Source: Lepidodermella squamata | Taxonomy: Eukaryota > Animalia > Gastrotricha | DNA: 64,000 nt | Direction: 5' to 3' | NCBI GenBank assembly: GCA_047495785.1 | Contig: JBLDXI010000015.1 | Span: 4,278,001-4,342,000, forward strand | In this document: positions 13,007 to 25,684 of the stretch, in pieces | How positions within the stretch are numbered: position 1 is the stretch's first letter | Layout: each line of letters opens with the position of its first letter | Notes under the pieces: generated by a model | What the model saw: the letters and a program-made list of their open reading frames with translations, nothing else | What the model was told of the DNA's origin: nothing | The model's database searches: none | Program-made: the position numbers and the translations under genes

Positions 13007-16000
13007 ATGGGCTCCGAAAAATGCCTTTACTTCACGTTACAGCGAGGGAAAGATTACACCAGAGAGCTGTATATTTCGCAAAAAGGCGATTCCCTGATCT
13101 TCAAATTGGACCCATGTCTCTTCAGCGAATCGGTCCGTCTGTTTTGGAACTTTCCCGAGGGAAAGAACCCTTTCGAGCGCACCCTTTTCCGTGAATTGGA
13201 ATGGTCGGACGGAAAGCACCCGTTAGCTTTCTATGATCGCCACACTAATAGGCTGCCTTTGAGCCGAGCCGGTACATACGAATTCTACTTCACCATTGAT
13301 GGAACGAATAAACGGGAAAATTACAATGGCAGAGGTAATTTCAGATTTCTTAACATTTTTGCACCATTGAAATTCTGAAGTCTTATCAAATTTTTTGCTG
13401 CTTAGCGGGCAGTTCATTGAGGATGACCGTTTTACTGTCTTCCAGACCTCCCGTTAGCAACTTTACGGCCTTTTGTCGATTTTTCCGCAAAAGGCCTTTC
13501 ATAACCTCTTCAGTAAAAAACAAATTGAGTTTAGCGATGTAATTTTATTTTTAAGGCGTGACGTTTCGGTACGCTCATCAGACTAGAAGTTTAGAAGAAA
13601 AACAGCAAAATCAAAATCACAACAAAGAAAAAGCAAAACAAAAATTAAAATAATTTCAATTTGACGGAGTCCGACTGCACATTGATTTTTAGTTTGGTTT
13701 TTTTGATCAGCAGGCTCTTCGTAACCCTCGAAGAACACTGGTCCAGCCAGCTCTCACTTTCGCATTCTAATGAATCGACAGTGGCACAGTAATAAAGGGA
13801 TCATCCAGTCTTGATAAGAAACGCGCTATTTTGCTGTAATCAATCTCACTTTTTTGGCGAAATAAGTGTCACATTCGAACATATGTAAAGGTGCTAAGTA
13901 CCGAATTTTGAGAATGTCACTAGGTACTGCGGCTCACTTTCATTGAGAAAGTAGAAAACCAGTAGAATCCCCTGAACGGAAGTAACGCCGCGAATAGGGA
14001 AGAGTAACGATGATTTGGATTTGCCTGAGCAGCGCACGAAGTCGTAGTACGAAAATTATTTCATTGATAAATTCAGGGACGATAGTCTCCCCGAGGATGT
14101 ATTGACTTCCATCCGGAAAATGCCCCAATGTGGAGCTCACATTTTTATACAGCGCGATATTGAACCTGCTAATGTCCGCAACACCGAACTGAGAGGCCAA
14201 ACTTGTTATCGATGCCATAAGCCCAGTTTCCGTGAATACTTCGACTCCGAATACGCTGACATTGTATCTCTTTGCGAAGTAGTATACATCTCGAGATTTC
14301 AGGCAAATTTCATGAGATACCCGTAGGGTTCGAGATTATCAGCTAAATTTATCAAGACTAGGGCGACAATTTTTACATCGACTGCATCTCGGCCGTTTTT
14401 GTGGAAGGACATCAGATCACATATGTGAGCAAGATGAATCAGCAGGTCAATGCCTGATTTAGTCCCAATTTTTCGCAAAATAAACATTGTCGAGGATAAT
14501 AAAGATAATAAAGAAAGAACGAAAATAGGCCCAGTTTCTTTGCCACTGCTGCAGCTACACAGGCATAGCTCACAGAATGTAATTACGATTAGAGTGAACG
14601 TGGTATTATATGACATTTAACAAATCTCACTGTTTCCTCGACGATCTGGGACCAGTAAGTCAGCTTATTACAAGATGTAATTTTGCGAATAAACCGATGT
14701 AGTCGAACTGTTCGACAGTGACCAACGGCCGAGGGGGGTGGCAGCGAAGCTAGGGTCTTGTGGGCAACGGGGCCAGTCGATTTCCGTTGCTGCTGCTTGG
14801 GCTTGAACAAGTGAACAGCGGGTTTGACAAACTTTAGGTTCGTCGAGGGCCAGCCGTGCCTGACACGTACTGGAGGACCACTTTTTGGTTCAGGTCCACG
14901 AGGGCTCCCAGCCGGGGCCACTCCTACCGCCAGCGCGGGGAGACCACTATCAGGTGTTATTAACTCTTGACGGGTTATGGAATCAACTTTGGACAACGGC
15001 TTTTCCGGTGCGACCGGCGCAAGCACTCGACTTCGGCAATTGTTGCTTAGCCTTACCGCGGTGATCAGCGGGTTTTACGAACTTGGGGTTATTAAGAGGC
15101 CAGCCGTGGGTGATGCGTGCACGAACACTTTTTTTCAATACAGGAGTCAGAGGGCTTTGAGGTGTGGCCACTGCAACCGCCAGCACAGTGAGATTAGAAA
15201 GCGATGTCACCGAATCGCTCACATACGACGGCATATCATGTGCGATGGGAACACCCAAAGCTCTCCTTGCCACCATAGCCCAGGTTACAGGCGCAGAGAC
15301 ATTTACGATGTGTGACATTATGGTTGATGTCTAACTAAGCAAATCAATTGAAATATCAATTGAAATATCAATCAAAAATAAAGAAAATCGTGTACAACGT
15401 TTGTGATTTGTATGGTAAATAGAAGGAACAACCGGATCTACAACGTAGTATTTAAGCTTGTTCGTAAGGCCCATTTTTATTCCCGCTGTTGTAAAAAACT
15501 GTTCCGATAGCATGGTGAAAATAGGGTCACTCCGATCGGATAGCATTGCGATGAGTCGGGTGGTTGACAGTTTGCTCTCACTAATATGACCTGAAAATTA
15601 ATGTGTAGATGAAAAGATGAAAAAAATAAACTTTGTTTTCAATTTAAGGATATATCGTCGTGCAGCCGTTCTTAGTAACCGAGGGTGAGCCGCATCCGTT
15701 ACCGATGACAGGAATCTGCATGCAGACCTATCTTGCGAAATTACTCGGGCCGCTGAAAACGAACTGGGAGCCAACTCTTCGAGTCGCCAAAGAAACCGGG
15801 TATAATTTCATCCACCTAACGCCTTTGCAAGAACTCGGCGGTTCTAAATCGAGTTACTGTTTGAAATCGCGTGAGAGCATTAACCCAGCATTCGAAGCAA
15901 AGTGGAACGAAGTTGGTGATTTTGTTGCGAAACTGAACCGTGATCATGGAATTTTCACCATCACCGACTTGGTGCTGAATCATACCGCTAATGAAACCGA

Positions 16001-19000
16001 TTGGTTGTTGACAAACCCAGAGGCGGCGTATAACCTGCACAACTCGCCCCACTTGAGATCGGCGTATTTACTAGATCGTTTGTTCTACTGGTTCAATGTT
16101 CAAGTTTCCGATGGCCGATGGGCTGCTATGGGCATCCCACCCGAAATTAACGATAACAGCCAGCTCGAAACAATTCGCACTGTTCTAAGTGATTTGGTTC
16201 GAGGAAGCGCTATTCACGAGTTATACACCGCTGATGTCGATAAATGTGCCAGCGCTTTTCGAAATCAGTTGGCTGAAGCGTTTCGCGATGCCAAAAGTAA
16301 GCCAGCCGCGGTTGCTAAGCAAGACCTGAAAAACCAGGTCAAACTGATCCCGCATCCCAAGTACCTGAGATTTGGTGCCACGGTCGATTTCGATCTCGCT
16401 TGTCAGCATTTGGGCGTCGATTTTAATCGCACGTCAGATCAACAATTGACGCAAGAGTACATCGAGTATACGACTAGTCGATTCAGGCAACTTTTGCACC
16501 AGTTGAACGATGATATGAAAGCACAAATCAACGAGCATGTCTTCCACGCTGTCCGTAATTACATTGAAAACATCCGATATCGATTTGTTGACGGGCATGG
16601 TCTACGCCTGGGTCGTGTAACCGCACTGAATCCCCTTGTCTACAATTATTTCATCAAGTTGGGTCCCAAACAGGGTGCTAACTTGACCGAAGATGAGCAG
16701 TATGCTTTTGATGACGAGGAATCAAAATTTATCATGGCCCATAACGGTTGGGTGATGGGCGATGATCCACTGAGAAATTTCGCCGAGCCTGGGTCGTGGA
16801 TTTACCAACGTCGCGAACTCATCCCGTGGGGTGATAGTGTCAAACTGCGATTTGGCGATAAATACGATGACTGCCCGTTTTTGTGGGATCATTTCCGTAA
16901 AAATGCCGAAGACACGGCGCGTTACTTCCACGGTGTTCGCCTGGATAACTGCCATAGTACTCCCCTCGCGCTGGCTGAATACGTCCTCGATGCAGCTAGG
17001 CGTGTTCGACCTGATCTCCTGGTTGTAGCCGAACTTTTCACGTCGAGCGAGGCTATTGATAATTACTTTGTCAATCGTCTCGGAATTTCGTTGATGATTC
17101 GCGAGGCCATGTCGGCTTACAGTACTTACGAACTCGGCCGGTTAGTTCATCGATTCGGCGGCGAGCCAGTCGGTGCGTTTTTCCAACCTGCCGAACGGCC
17201 GTTCCGATCATCGTTAGCCCCAGCTATTTTCGCCGATCAAACCCACGATAACGAATCGCCCATTGGTCGTCACTCAGTCGCGAATTTGTTGCCGGTTTCC
17301 GCCATGACTTGCGTCGCGTATTGTGCAGCTGGCTCAACGCGAGGCTACGACGAATTTGTGCCGCATCACATCAACGTTGTTACCGAGGCTCGTCCCTATA
17401 TGATTTGGACGGACGGAGGTGAAGATACGAAAATTAGCGAGAAAACTGGTCTCTTACCTGCGAAACAAGCTTTAAACAGACTTCATGTATGGCTGTCTAA
17501 GAATGGGTTCACCGAGGTAAGAATTTTGTAATATTTTTGATGAATTACATTTTTCCGATTTTCAGACGTTTGTCGATCAAAAATCGAACGATGTCATCAC
17601 TGTGACTCGTCATAACCCGAAAACGCGTGAATCTTGCGTTCTTGTAACACGCACCGCCTTCTTGGGAACCGATGACCATGATTCAGTCCGGCCTGAACTG
17701 TACGAGACATCTGGTCTGCCGAGTATTAGCTTTGAAGGCCGCGTTAAAAGTGTCCTACTTGAATGCCGCACTTGCCGCGTTCCTTACGGCACCTCCCCAC
17801 CGCCTTTTACGCCCCACGCCCATGTCATCAACGGCCTGGTGAAATACCACGTTGATTGCGCTGAGAACGTTGAGCCGGAGAAGAGCCGCTTTCTATCGAT
17901 CTACAACGGCAACGACGGTAAATGCAGTGTAGTTTTGAGCCATTTCCCAGCCGGTTCGGTTGCTGTTCTATTAACGCAACAAGCTGATGTCACAATTTCA
18001 GCAATCAAGCACCTTGTTACCGACAAGGATCAAGTGGTGAAGACTGACAATGACCTGCGATCGATTTTGAAGAAAGTCTCGCTTACCGACTTCAATTTTG
18101 CCCTCTATCGCTGCACAGAGGAGGATAAGGTTGAATTAGGTTACGATGTTTACGAAGTGCCTCGCTTTGGCCGTTTTGTCTACGGTGGTCTACAAGGTCT
18201 CATGTCCGTCCTGCCGGTTATTCGCGATAATAATGACACCGGCCATCCGATTTGCGACAACCTTCGTCAAGGCGACTGGCTGTTGGATTACATCAGTAAC
18301 CGAATGGGTCGACGTGCCGGTTTGGCCGAGCTGGCTAATTTCATCGCAGAACAATTTAAGGCGGTGAAGCAAGTTCCGCGATTTCTCGTGCCCGCTTATT
18401 TTGAACGTGTCGTTTCAAATGTTTACAATGCGATTATCGAAGAGATTTTGAGCCGTTTTGATCCGAAAATTCGAGATGGTCCGTCTATTGTCCACCTGCT
18501 CAGTTTGGCGACTTTGCAATTCTGTGGGCCGAATCCTTTTGATAAAAATCTGAAATTCACTGTCGCAGCTGGATTGCCGCATTTCGCAACTGGTTACATG
18601 CGCAGCTGGGGTCGCGATACTTTCATTTCACTTTCCGGCTGTCTCCTCGCGGTCGGGCGATTGAACGATGCGCGCGATATCATTCTGAGATTTGCGGCTA
18701 ATTTGCAAAATGGGTTGGTTCCTAATTTGCTGGGCGATGAAGGGGTAGCGCCTAGATACAACGCCCGCGATGCTGTTTGGTGGTGGTTATATTCGATTCG
18801 TCGTTACTGCGAAACAACCCGCTCCACTGATATTCTGCGAGAAACGGTGAAAATTGATACTCGAAATGGAAATAAGGCCGAAGATCGCACGCTTCACTCA
18901 CTGATTCACGAAGCGCTGGAAAGTCACGCTGTTGGAACCAGTTTCCGCGAACGGAATGCTGGGCCATCGATCGATTCCCTCATGACTTCGGCTGGTTTCG

Positions 19001-19976
19001 ACATAAAAATCGGCGTTGATTGGAATACTGGATTCGTTTTTGGAGGAAATAGCAGCAACTGCGGTACCTGGATGGATAAGATGGGCAACTCAGCCCAGGC
19101 TTCGAACCGAGGAGTCCCAGCCACGCCGCGAGACGGCTCAGCTGTCGAGCTGGTTGGCTTGTGCTACGCGGCTGTTTCGTGGCTGGCGAAATTGGAAAAA
19201 TCAGTCTATCCCCACGAGTCGGTTCGACGACCCCCTCCGCTGTTACCTATCAAGCTGAGCGAGTGGGCTAGCCTTATTCATCAGAATTTCGATCGGTGGT
19301 TCTTTGTCCCTGAGGCCAATTTTGTTGCGCCCTTCATTGAAGAGCAATTTGTTAATCGAAAGAACATCTACAAGGTATGACCTTTTTCAATTCTGTAGTT
19401 GCTATGAGACTTGATTTATTTTCGCAGGATACTGTCGGATCTTCTCAGCAGTATGCGGACTACCAGTTAAGGCCTAATTTCGCTGTAGCTCTAGCCGTCG
19501 CACCTGAATTGCCATTGGATCCAGATAACGCGTTAGCTGCTCTCGACGTTTTCGACCAGGTGCTCCTGGGCCCGCTCGGCGTTCGAACTTTGGATCCTAC
19601 TGACTATCAGTACGCACCCTACTACGACCCAAGCGAAGATTCTAACCGCTTCCAGACTGCAGGTGGCTTCTCCTATCACCAGGGTCCCGAATGGTTATGG
19701 CCTTTCGGGCCCTACGCGTGCGCTCGTTTGGCTGTTGCCAGGCGTTGTAAGGGCCGCCCTGGGCTGCTTGAAGCTACGAAACGAAGCATCAGCCCACGCC
19801 TAGGCCAGTGCCTAACGACGCTTCTGTCGACGCCATGGCGAAGTCTTCCCGAACTAACGAACGGCAACGGTCAGTACTGCCCGGCCTCGTGTCCAGCTCA
19901 AGCCTGGAGCGTCGCCTGCTTTCTCGACGGTGTGCTCGCTTTATCCGACTCAGTTTCGGATGAGAACAAAAAATAA
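13007..19976 (+). CDS. AGL: Glycogen debranching enzyme (4-alpha-glucanotransferase/amylo-1,6-glucosidase)
   Basis: Catalytic motifs GVRLDNCHSTP, VAELFT, THDNESP, AGLPHF, RSWGRDTFI, WMDKMG, YHQGPEWLW, LPELTN and CPAQAWS. Exon 1 (to 13334) splices to 15649 giving NGRGYIVVQP. Confidence 0.96.
13541..13725 (-). mobile_element. Penelope-like element 3' fragment (GIY-YIG C-terminal tail + 3' UTR)
   Basis: Minus strand 13719-13645 translates KSLLIKKTKLKINVQSDSVKLKLF*, resembling the ESLxIKxxxPxLNxQ...LF end of Penelope GIY-YIG ORFs. A T-rich UTR, a hammerhead core and AATAAA (13550-13545) follow. Confidence 0.75.
13555..13586 (-). ncRNA. Minimal hammerhead ribozyme motif (PLE type)
   Basis: Minus strand reads TAGT-CTGATGA-G-CGTAC-C-GAAA-CGTC-ACGCC. 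It has both conserved core boxes, a 1-bp stem II, a palindromic ACGT helix III and a GUC cleavage triplet. Stem I is only 2 bp. Confidence 0.65.
13940..15318 (-). pseudogene. Frameshifted unknown ORF with an internal repeat, antisense inside the AGL intron
   Basis: Successive minus-strand ORF pieces (15318-14983, 15026-14589, 14616-14299, ~14330-13940) in shifting frames. The peptide HGWP.{3}KFVKPA is duplicated at a 250-bp offset. Confidence 0.5.
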
Positions 19977-20545
19977 ACCTCCTCAAAAAATCTTATAAAA
20001 AACCTGTGGCCTATGTGTTATTTTTCTAGTAAGTCAATCGTCTTTGCAGTCAGAATGATTATAAAAGCTAAGCACTGCAAGGATATTTTTTACGCGAGAT
20101 GAAGTCTGTCTCTATAATTTATGCTTTGTTTTGGCTCTTTAACTCAGCAAATAGCGGGCATCTGATGCCTCGATTAGAATTTTTGATGTGCCATACCCAG
20201 TGTTACTCTTATGCCCTCCTGGTGATCACTATGCTATTCGAATTTAGATAATAGAATTGTGTATTTTGACATCATTTTCCATTGGCGATGACCCTCAGCT
20301 TTCACCGCAACTTTCTTCTTGTCTTGAGATTGAGCCAATAAAATTATGATATGAAAATGGGAGTTTCCTTGTTAACGGGACCATACTGCTGGTTATTAAA
20401 TAGATCTACCGTATTCCTATCCTATTCTCAGTGACAAGAGACTTGGGAGAGGCTGAAAATCTCATGAAAAATAAAAACTCAGAATTGAATGCTATTTCCG
20501 ATTTATTATGGAGCAGCAAAATCAACACCGACACAAGTTCAGTTT

Positions 20546-22356
20546 TTAATTTTCATTAAATGTATCGCATATGTATGCTGCGAAGAGTTTGACGTAGGAC
20601 GGCTTCACTGCCACTTCGTTGAGCAGCAATTGGATTGCATCGACAAGAACTGGTTGAAAAATGTCGATTTTCTTATTGCCAACGCTTGTGCCATTCGAAA
20701 GTTGTTGCCAGATTTTAGTTTCGGTCAGAAACCCGAAGACTTCATAAGAACGGATTCGCTGACCGAAAAATTGATCCTCTTGAATGACGACGCGATCAAC
20801 AGCAGTTGGGAAGGGATACTTGATTTGCATAACTGAAGTTGCATTGGCAGACACCGAGATGTTTTGAGCAGGCCTTGAATAGCATGATCGTATGAAGTTC
20901 CCTAACTGTTGGTACCTAGCTATGTGATTAGCGGCGATTAGACCGTTTCGATTTGGTGACAAATCCATCACAAGTTGACAGTTGTGCCCGACTGAATTGT
21001 GGTAAACTTGAGCTAATTCGCTGATCGGTCTCAGCGGGATGCCTTCGCCGTAGAACCAACGATCAAAATATTGTAACGTCGTGTCACATTCGGACGGAGC
21101 CCAATCTGGTGACATTGCATCACCGGCGCACGAATCACCCGTACTCCAGGTGGGATCCGGTGCGTTTCCGGTTTCAGTGCATATCCATTTAACGGCATTT
21201 GGGGTCACTCCTGCCCCGCCAAAAACATTTGCGTTTGGTTGAAGTTCTTGCAGCATAGCTTGCAACTCTGTTTTCAAGTCAGATGTATATCCTCCATCGA
21301 ACCAGATTTCTTCCAATTGACCGTAATTGCTCCAGAGTTCGCGGAGCTGGAATAGCACTATTTTGTTGTAGTCGTCTTGTGTGACGTTGAGCATGCCCGG
21401 GCGCAGTTTTGAGACAGGCTGAACTTGCCCATCTGTGATGTGAAAATAAAATTCGTCATTATTTTAAAACTTAAATCAAACCATGATCTATTGCTAGGAA
21501 AACCCTACAGCTTCATCGAAAAATGGTCAGTCTATACGATTTAATTTGAACAGAAAATTGAATTGAACTTCTTCCTGCGCCAAGTTTGGCGCATCCATTA
21601 AAAACCGTTCCCAAATATCGTCAATGGGCCCTAAAATCTTGGGACTACCTAAAATACGCCGGAAGATCTCTAATAGGCCGTTTGGCGTATTTTTCTTTAA
21701 TTTTTAGTGCCTATTTATCGCAACTGCGATCTACAACCTACAATCCGAAGTTTCCAGCGTTCCCTTGCCTAAGCAATATCTTGTTGTTGCAATTCTCACT
21801 CACCTGAGACGTGGCAGTATAGATTGGTGACAATGCTATAATAAAAACCAGTTCTGATACCAGCCCTGCGACACGACTCGACAAAATTCTTCGCAATATC
21901 CAAACCAGCCACAGGCGAATGCGATACATCATAAGTATACGGCTTACCAGTCGAGGGCACAACAGCACGGGTCGGGAAAAGGGTGAAGCCGCAGTTATGC
22001 TTCACAACTAGAATAGCATACGTTGCATTTAACGCTTTCATAGCCTCGACCCACTGATCGGTATTTAGTAGTTTTGGATTGAACATAGTTATGTTGGGTG
22101 GGTCGAAATCAGGGGAAGGGCAGCCATCGTATGTCGTATTCAGATAGGTGGCAATGTCAAAATGGATAAGCATGCCGATTTCATGCTTGCTCCATCGCAA
22201 TTGATCGGCAGTTGGTAGAGGTTGACTTGCTGCGTTGAGCATTGATTCTGACATCTGCTTGTCGATTTTCTCGAATTTCAGCGGCGACAGGAGCTTGCAA
22301 TCGGCGGAAAGCCATAGTCCAGCGAAACAAAACAGCGCGATTCCTTGCAGCAGCAT
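20546..22356 (-). CDS. Secreted alpha-L-fucosidase, GH29 (plant/bacterial-like subgroup), 2 exons
   Basis: Signal peptide, then PTADQLRW..HEIGMLIHF, KHNCGF, QLRELWSNYG..EEIWFDG (nucleophile), ECDTTL, YHNSVGHN and a C-terminal beta-sandwich (IQEDQFFGQRI). Intron 21433-21803 restores the frame (HVSDGQVQP). Confidence 0.9.
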
Positions 22357-23252
22357 TTTGCTTTTAATGATTGAGGTGGAGCTCGAGGCACAGTTTAAAC
22401 ATCACTATCAGGGTTCTGTCTCAAGAGCTAATGCAAACGTGCGATAAACAATGAACTATTGGAGTGAGAAGCTGGCACGATAGGAAAGGCTCTTATCTTT
22501 CCTTGACCTCAAGGGATTCGGAACAAATTTGATATCAAGCCCAAGAAGTGAATTCTAGCTAGTCGTAGCTGGACAAAATTCGAACAAAATAAATAAAAAA
22601 TTTCCGTTGACCTCTCCTTCTGCATGGCACAGATTTATAAATGCTCAATTACTATAAACTCGCGGCTGGGCCCTGGGCCTCCCGTTGACCAAAGCAAAAC
22701 ATGGAAAAATGTTGCGGTTTAAATGCCGTCGCTGTGCAGTAAAGCCATTTTTATTAAAACATTAATGATATTGCTGGAACCTGGTACAGAAGATACTGCC
22801 ACGACAAGTAGAAAGATGCACCCAATACACCTGGCTGGTACATACTATTAGTATAATGCTTTCCAGTTGACAAATTATATTTCATTCATATTTCATATTT
22901 TTAGATTGCTTTTTCCCAGGGGCTGACGGCTAATTGTGAAGTTTCCCGCCGTCATACCTTTATTTTCATGAATTTGAAATTTTAATCGGGTCGATTCGTA
23001 AAGAAAGAAAGCACTTAATGCATGAAAAAGGCGCAATAACTGAGTTCTCATGGAGTTGTTTGTTTTCTACCACACTCGCGTATTTCTGTTTTTGATCGAA
23101 ATCGATCGGCTGCGCTATGAATCGATGTCGCGCCGGCGTAGGTGCGTCAATTGAGCTCACCTTTAAGAAAAAAGCTCGACTAGAAGCGCTTTCACACGCA
23201 GTTAGCTCCACATGAATGGCCGAGTAATGGATCGTGAAAGAGGCCAATGACA

Positions 23253-23264
23253 GTTGTTAGCAAC
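23253..23264. promoter_or_regulatory. Candidate RFX X-box upstream of the ankyrin gene
   Basis: GTTGTTAGCAAC resembles the GTTNCY-RGYAAC consensus, ~120 bp before ATG 23387. Confidence 0.45.
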
Positions 23265-23386
23265 GGACTGAATCTCGTAATTTATACAAACCTCGTGCTG
23301 ATTCTGTCAGCCAAGGGGCGCATTCTCGATTATTTTTAGCCACACCTCGAAGAAGCACCAGATCTTTTGACATCCAGAATCGCCGG

Positions 23387-25268
23387 ATGCCAACGCTGCC
23401 AGACAGCGTTGTGGCTCAGCCGTTGTCTCGTTCGCAATCAGCAGCGATGAGCCGCCCGCCAACGGGTTCGCCAAGTAGCAGTGCGCGACCCCGTTTACAA
23501 CGCTCGCTGACTGGCATGAGCAACATGACTGCGTCGTCAGCTACTGGACGATTCTCGAGCTTGGCCGGGGAAAAAGTCGAATTTACGACGCTCGACGAGT
23601 CGATGATCGACTACGAGCAGATCATGTTTGCGGCCGTCAAGCGTGGCGACGTCAACTACGTCGAGTACCTATTGAGCAAATACCCTGAGCTTCTCTCCGT
23701 CAAATGGGTACTACAATTATTTCCAAAAAATCCAAATAATTGTATGATTCCCACTAATTTTAGTTCGGCGAGTCGCTTCTCGTAACGGCGCTGAAATTCG
23801 GCCATCAAAATGTTTTTGAACTACTGCTGGATAACGGTGTCGATTATCGACGCGAACACGTCGAACTGGCAGATTACAATGGTGCTGAGCAGAGAGTTGA
23901 ATGGCATGAGCGGTCACTTTACGAATTAGCCTGTGACCTGCCAGGTCGCAACTCTTTCGTCGAACTGCTTGATGAACTAGAGGGCAAACAGTATCATTTT
24001 CAGGTTACATACCAAGGTTTTTTAAAGTCGTAGCTTTTATTTGTTGTCATACTTTAGGTGCCTTTAAGGCAACGAAAAATTCGAAGGATCGACCACAGCT
24101 TGTTGCTGTTTGCCCCGCCACCGCGACCGCCTGATGACGGAGGACCGCCGGTTTCTACTGCAGTTGTGCCTGAGGTTGATACCTCAATGCATCTAGGTGT
24201 TTTACTTTTTGGCCTGGAGCCCGATGGATTTCCACCTGGTCCCAATGGGCCATCCTTTAACGCAGCAGGAGATATAGCTGATGATGCTGATGATATGGAC
24301 GGTAGGCGACCTACCCTCGTTTTGCTGTCATCTTCGCAGGTGCTGTTTCCAGCCGATTTGAGCAAAGGCCGCGGGAGACGTTCGAACGCCGAAGCAGCGA
24401 CTGTATTGCGGGCTCGACAGGAGCGAGAGGCGGAGCGTGCTCGTAATCGAGCTGCTTGGCGTCATCTAGAGCCATCATCAGCGCGAACCCAATTACGTCG
24501 CCAACGCTGCGCCCAGTCTCTTGGTGCCTCTGGTAATGCGCCGGGTATTGGGGCCACAGCGCCGAATATGGGACATCTAATTCAATGGCACTCTCCAGCT
24601 AAAGGCGTTCGTCCTCCTGCGCCAGCCACTGACGATGACGCAAATATAGCCGATCTTCGGCGGGGTTACTTCGATTACTTTCATGCAGACAAAACGCGCC
24701 AAGTTGCCGTGTCACCCACCGTGGCTACGGACGCTCCCTCTACGCCGCGCTCCGGACCTGCAAACCCGGCTTTAACGGCGCCGTTGCTGAAAAATGCTCC
24801 TCGACTTTCTGGTGTACGACCGGCTTCTACGAAGGCGCCAGTGTATATTCACACCGGAGCCCAAGCGCCTCCTCGGGTCATGCACCCGCATCATGTGCAT
24901 GACTTCCGCCCGGCTACTTCTTTAGTCAACTTCAGAGTGTCGCCGACAACACCCTGCCCGCCAATATCTCTTCCAAGCAGCCGAGCTGGTTCGCGCAGGC
25001 CTGTTATTAATACAGATCCCCATTTACACCGGCATATTGGATCGCTAACCGACTGCACGCAGGCCTCCACTGAGGCCCTGTGGCATTCAGCCTATTATTC
25101 GGCTCTTATCAGCGAGGTTATATACCGGTTTCAAACATTTTCAAAAATAAATCAGTTTCCATTTTTCAGATTGCGCGGTCGGATGCGCCAATTGTTGTAG
25201 CTGACCTGCACTCACCGCCGGCGTCATCACAATCGTCTCGAAACTGGCAATTTGTTACTAACAAGTAG
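23387..25268 (+). CDS. Ankyrin-repeat protein with Pro/Ser/Arg-rich tail, 4 exons
   Basis: MFAAVKRGDVNYVEYLLSK and (exon 2) GESLLVTALKFGHQNVFELLLDNGVD are ankyrin-like. Short GT-AG introns join the ORFs to a stop at 25268. Confidence 0.7.
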
Positions 25269-25684
25269 TATACATGTAGCGAAGCTTTACTATCAATTTT
25301 GTCTACTGTAGTCAACTGGTGTCTCGACTATTTTGAATAAAAACTGTAAATTCGTAGATTTTACCTGTGGTTGAAATCCGAATCAAATCGTTGATTTGCA
25401 AGGGGGAATCAATGAAGTGCCAAAATCCGAGCTTCCAAAGCTTCAAAATTTCAGTGAAAATGGTGTCTTCCCTGCTTTCACCGATCTGCCCTTATTCGAA
25501 AAAAGGCTTTCCGTGTAAAATCACGCAATATTTATTGAAAAAATTTCGTTCATCGAACGATGTGAAAACATAAACAAAAGAGTGAACATCACAACCGGAG
25601 CGTAAAAAATGATTGGTGCAAATAAAAACTGGAGTAATCTTGAAAAGCAATCAGATCATTGGGAATGAGGAAGTTTTCACATGT

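Larger units (their letters stand above)
13335..15648 (+). other. Unusually long (2314 bp) first intron of AGL containing inserted antisense material
   Basis: GT donor at 13335 and AG acceptor at 15647-15648 restore the AGL frame. Most other introns in the window are ~50-60 nt. Confidence 0.88.
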
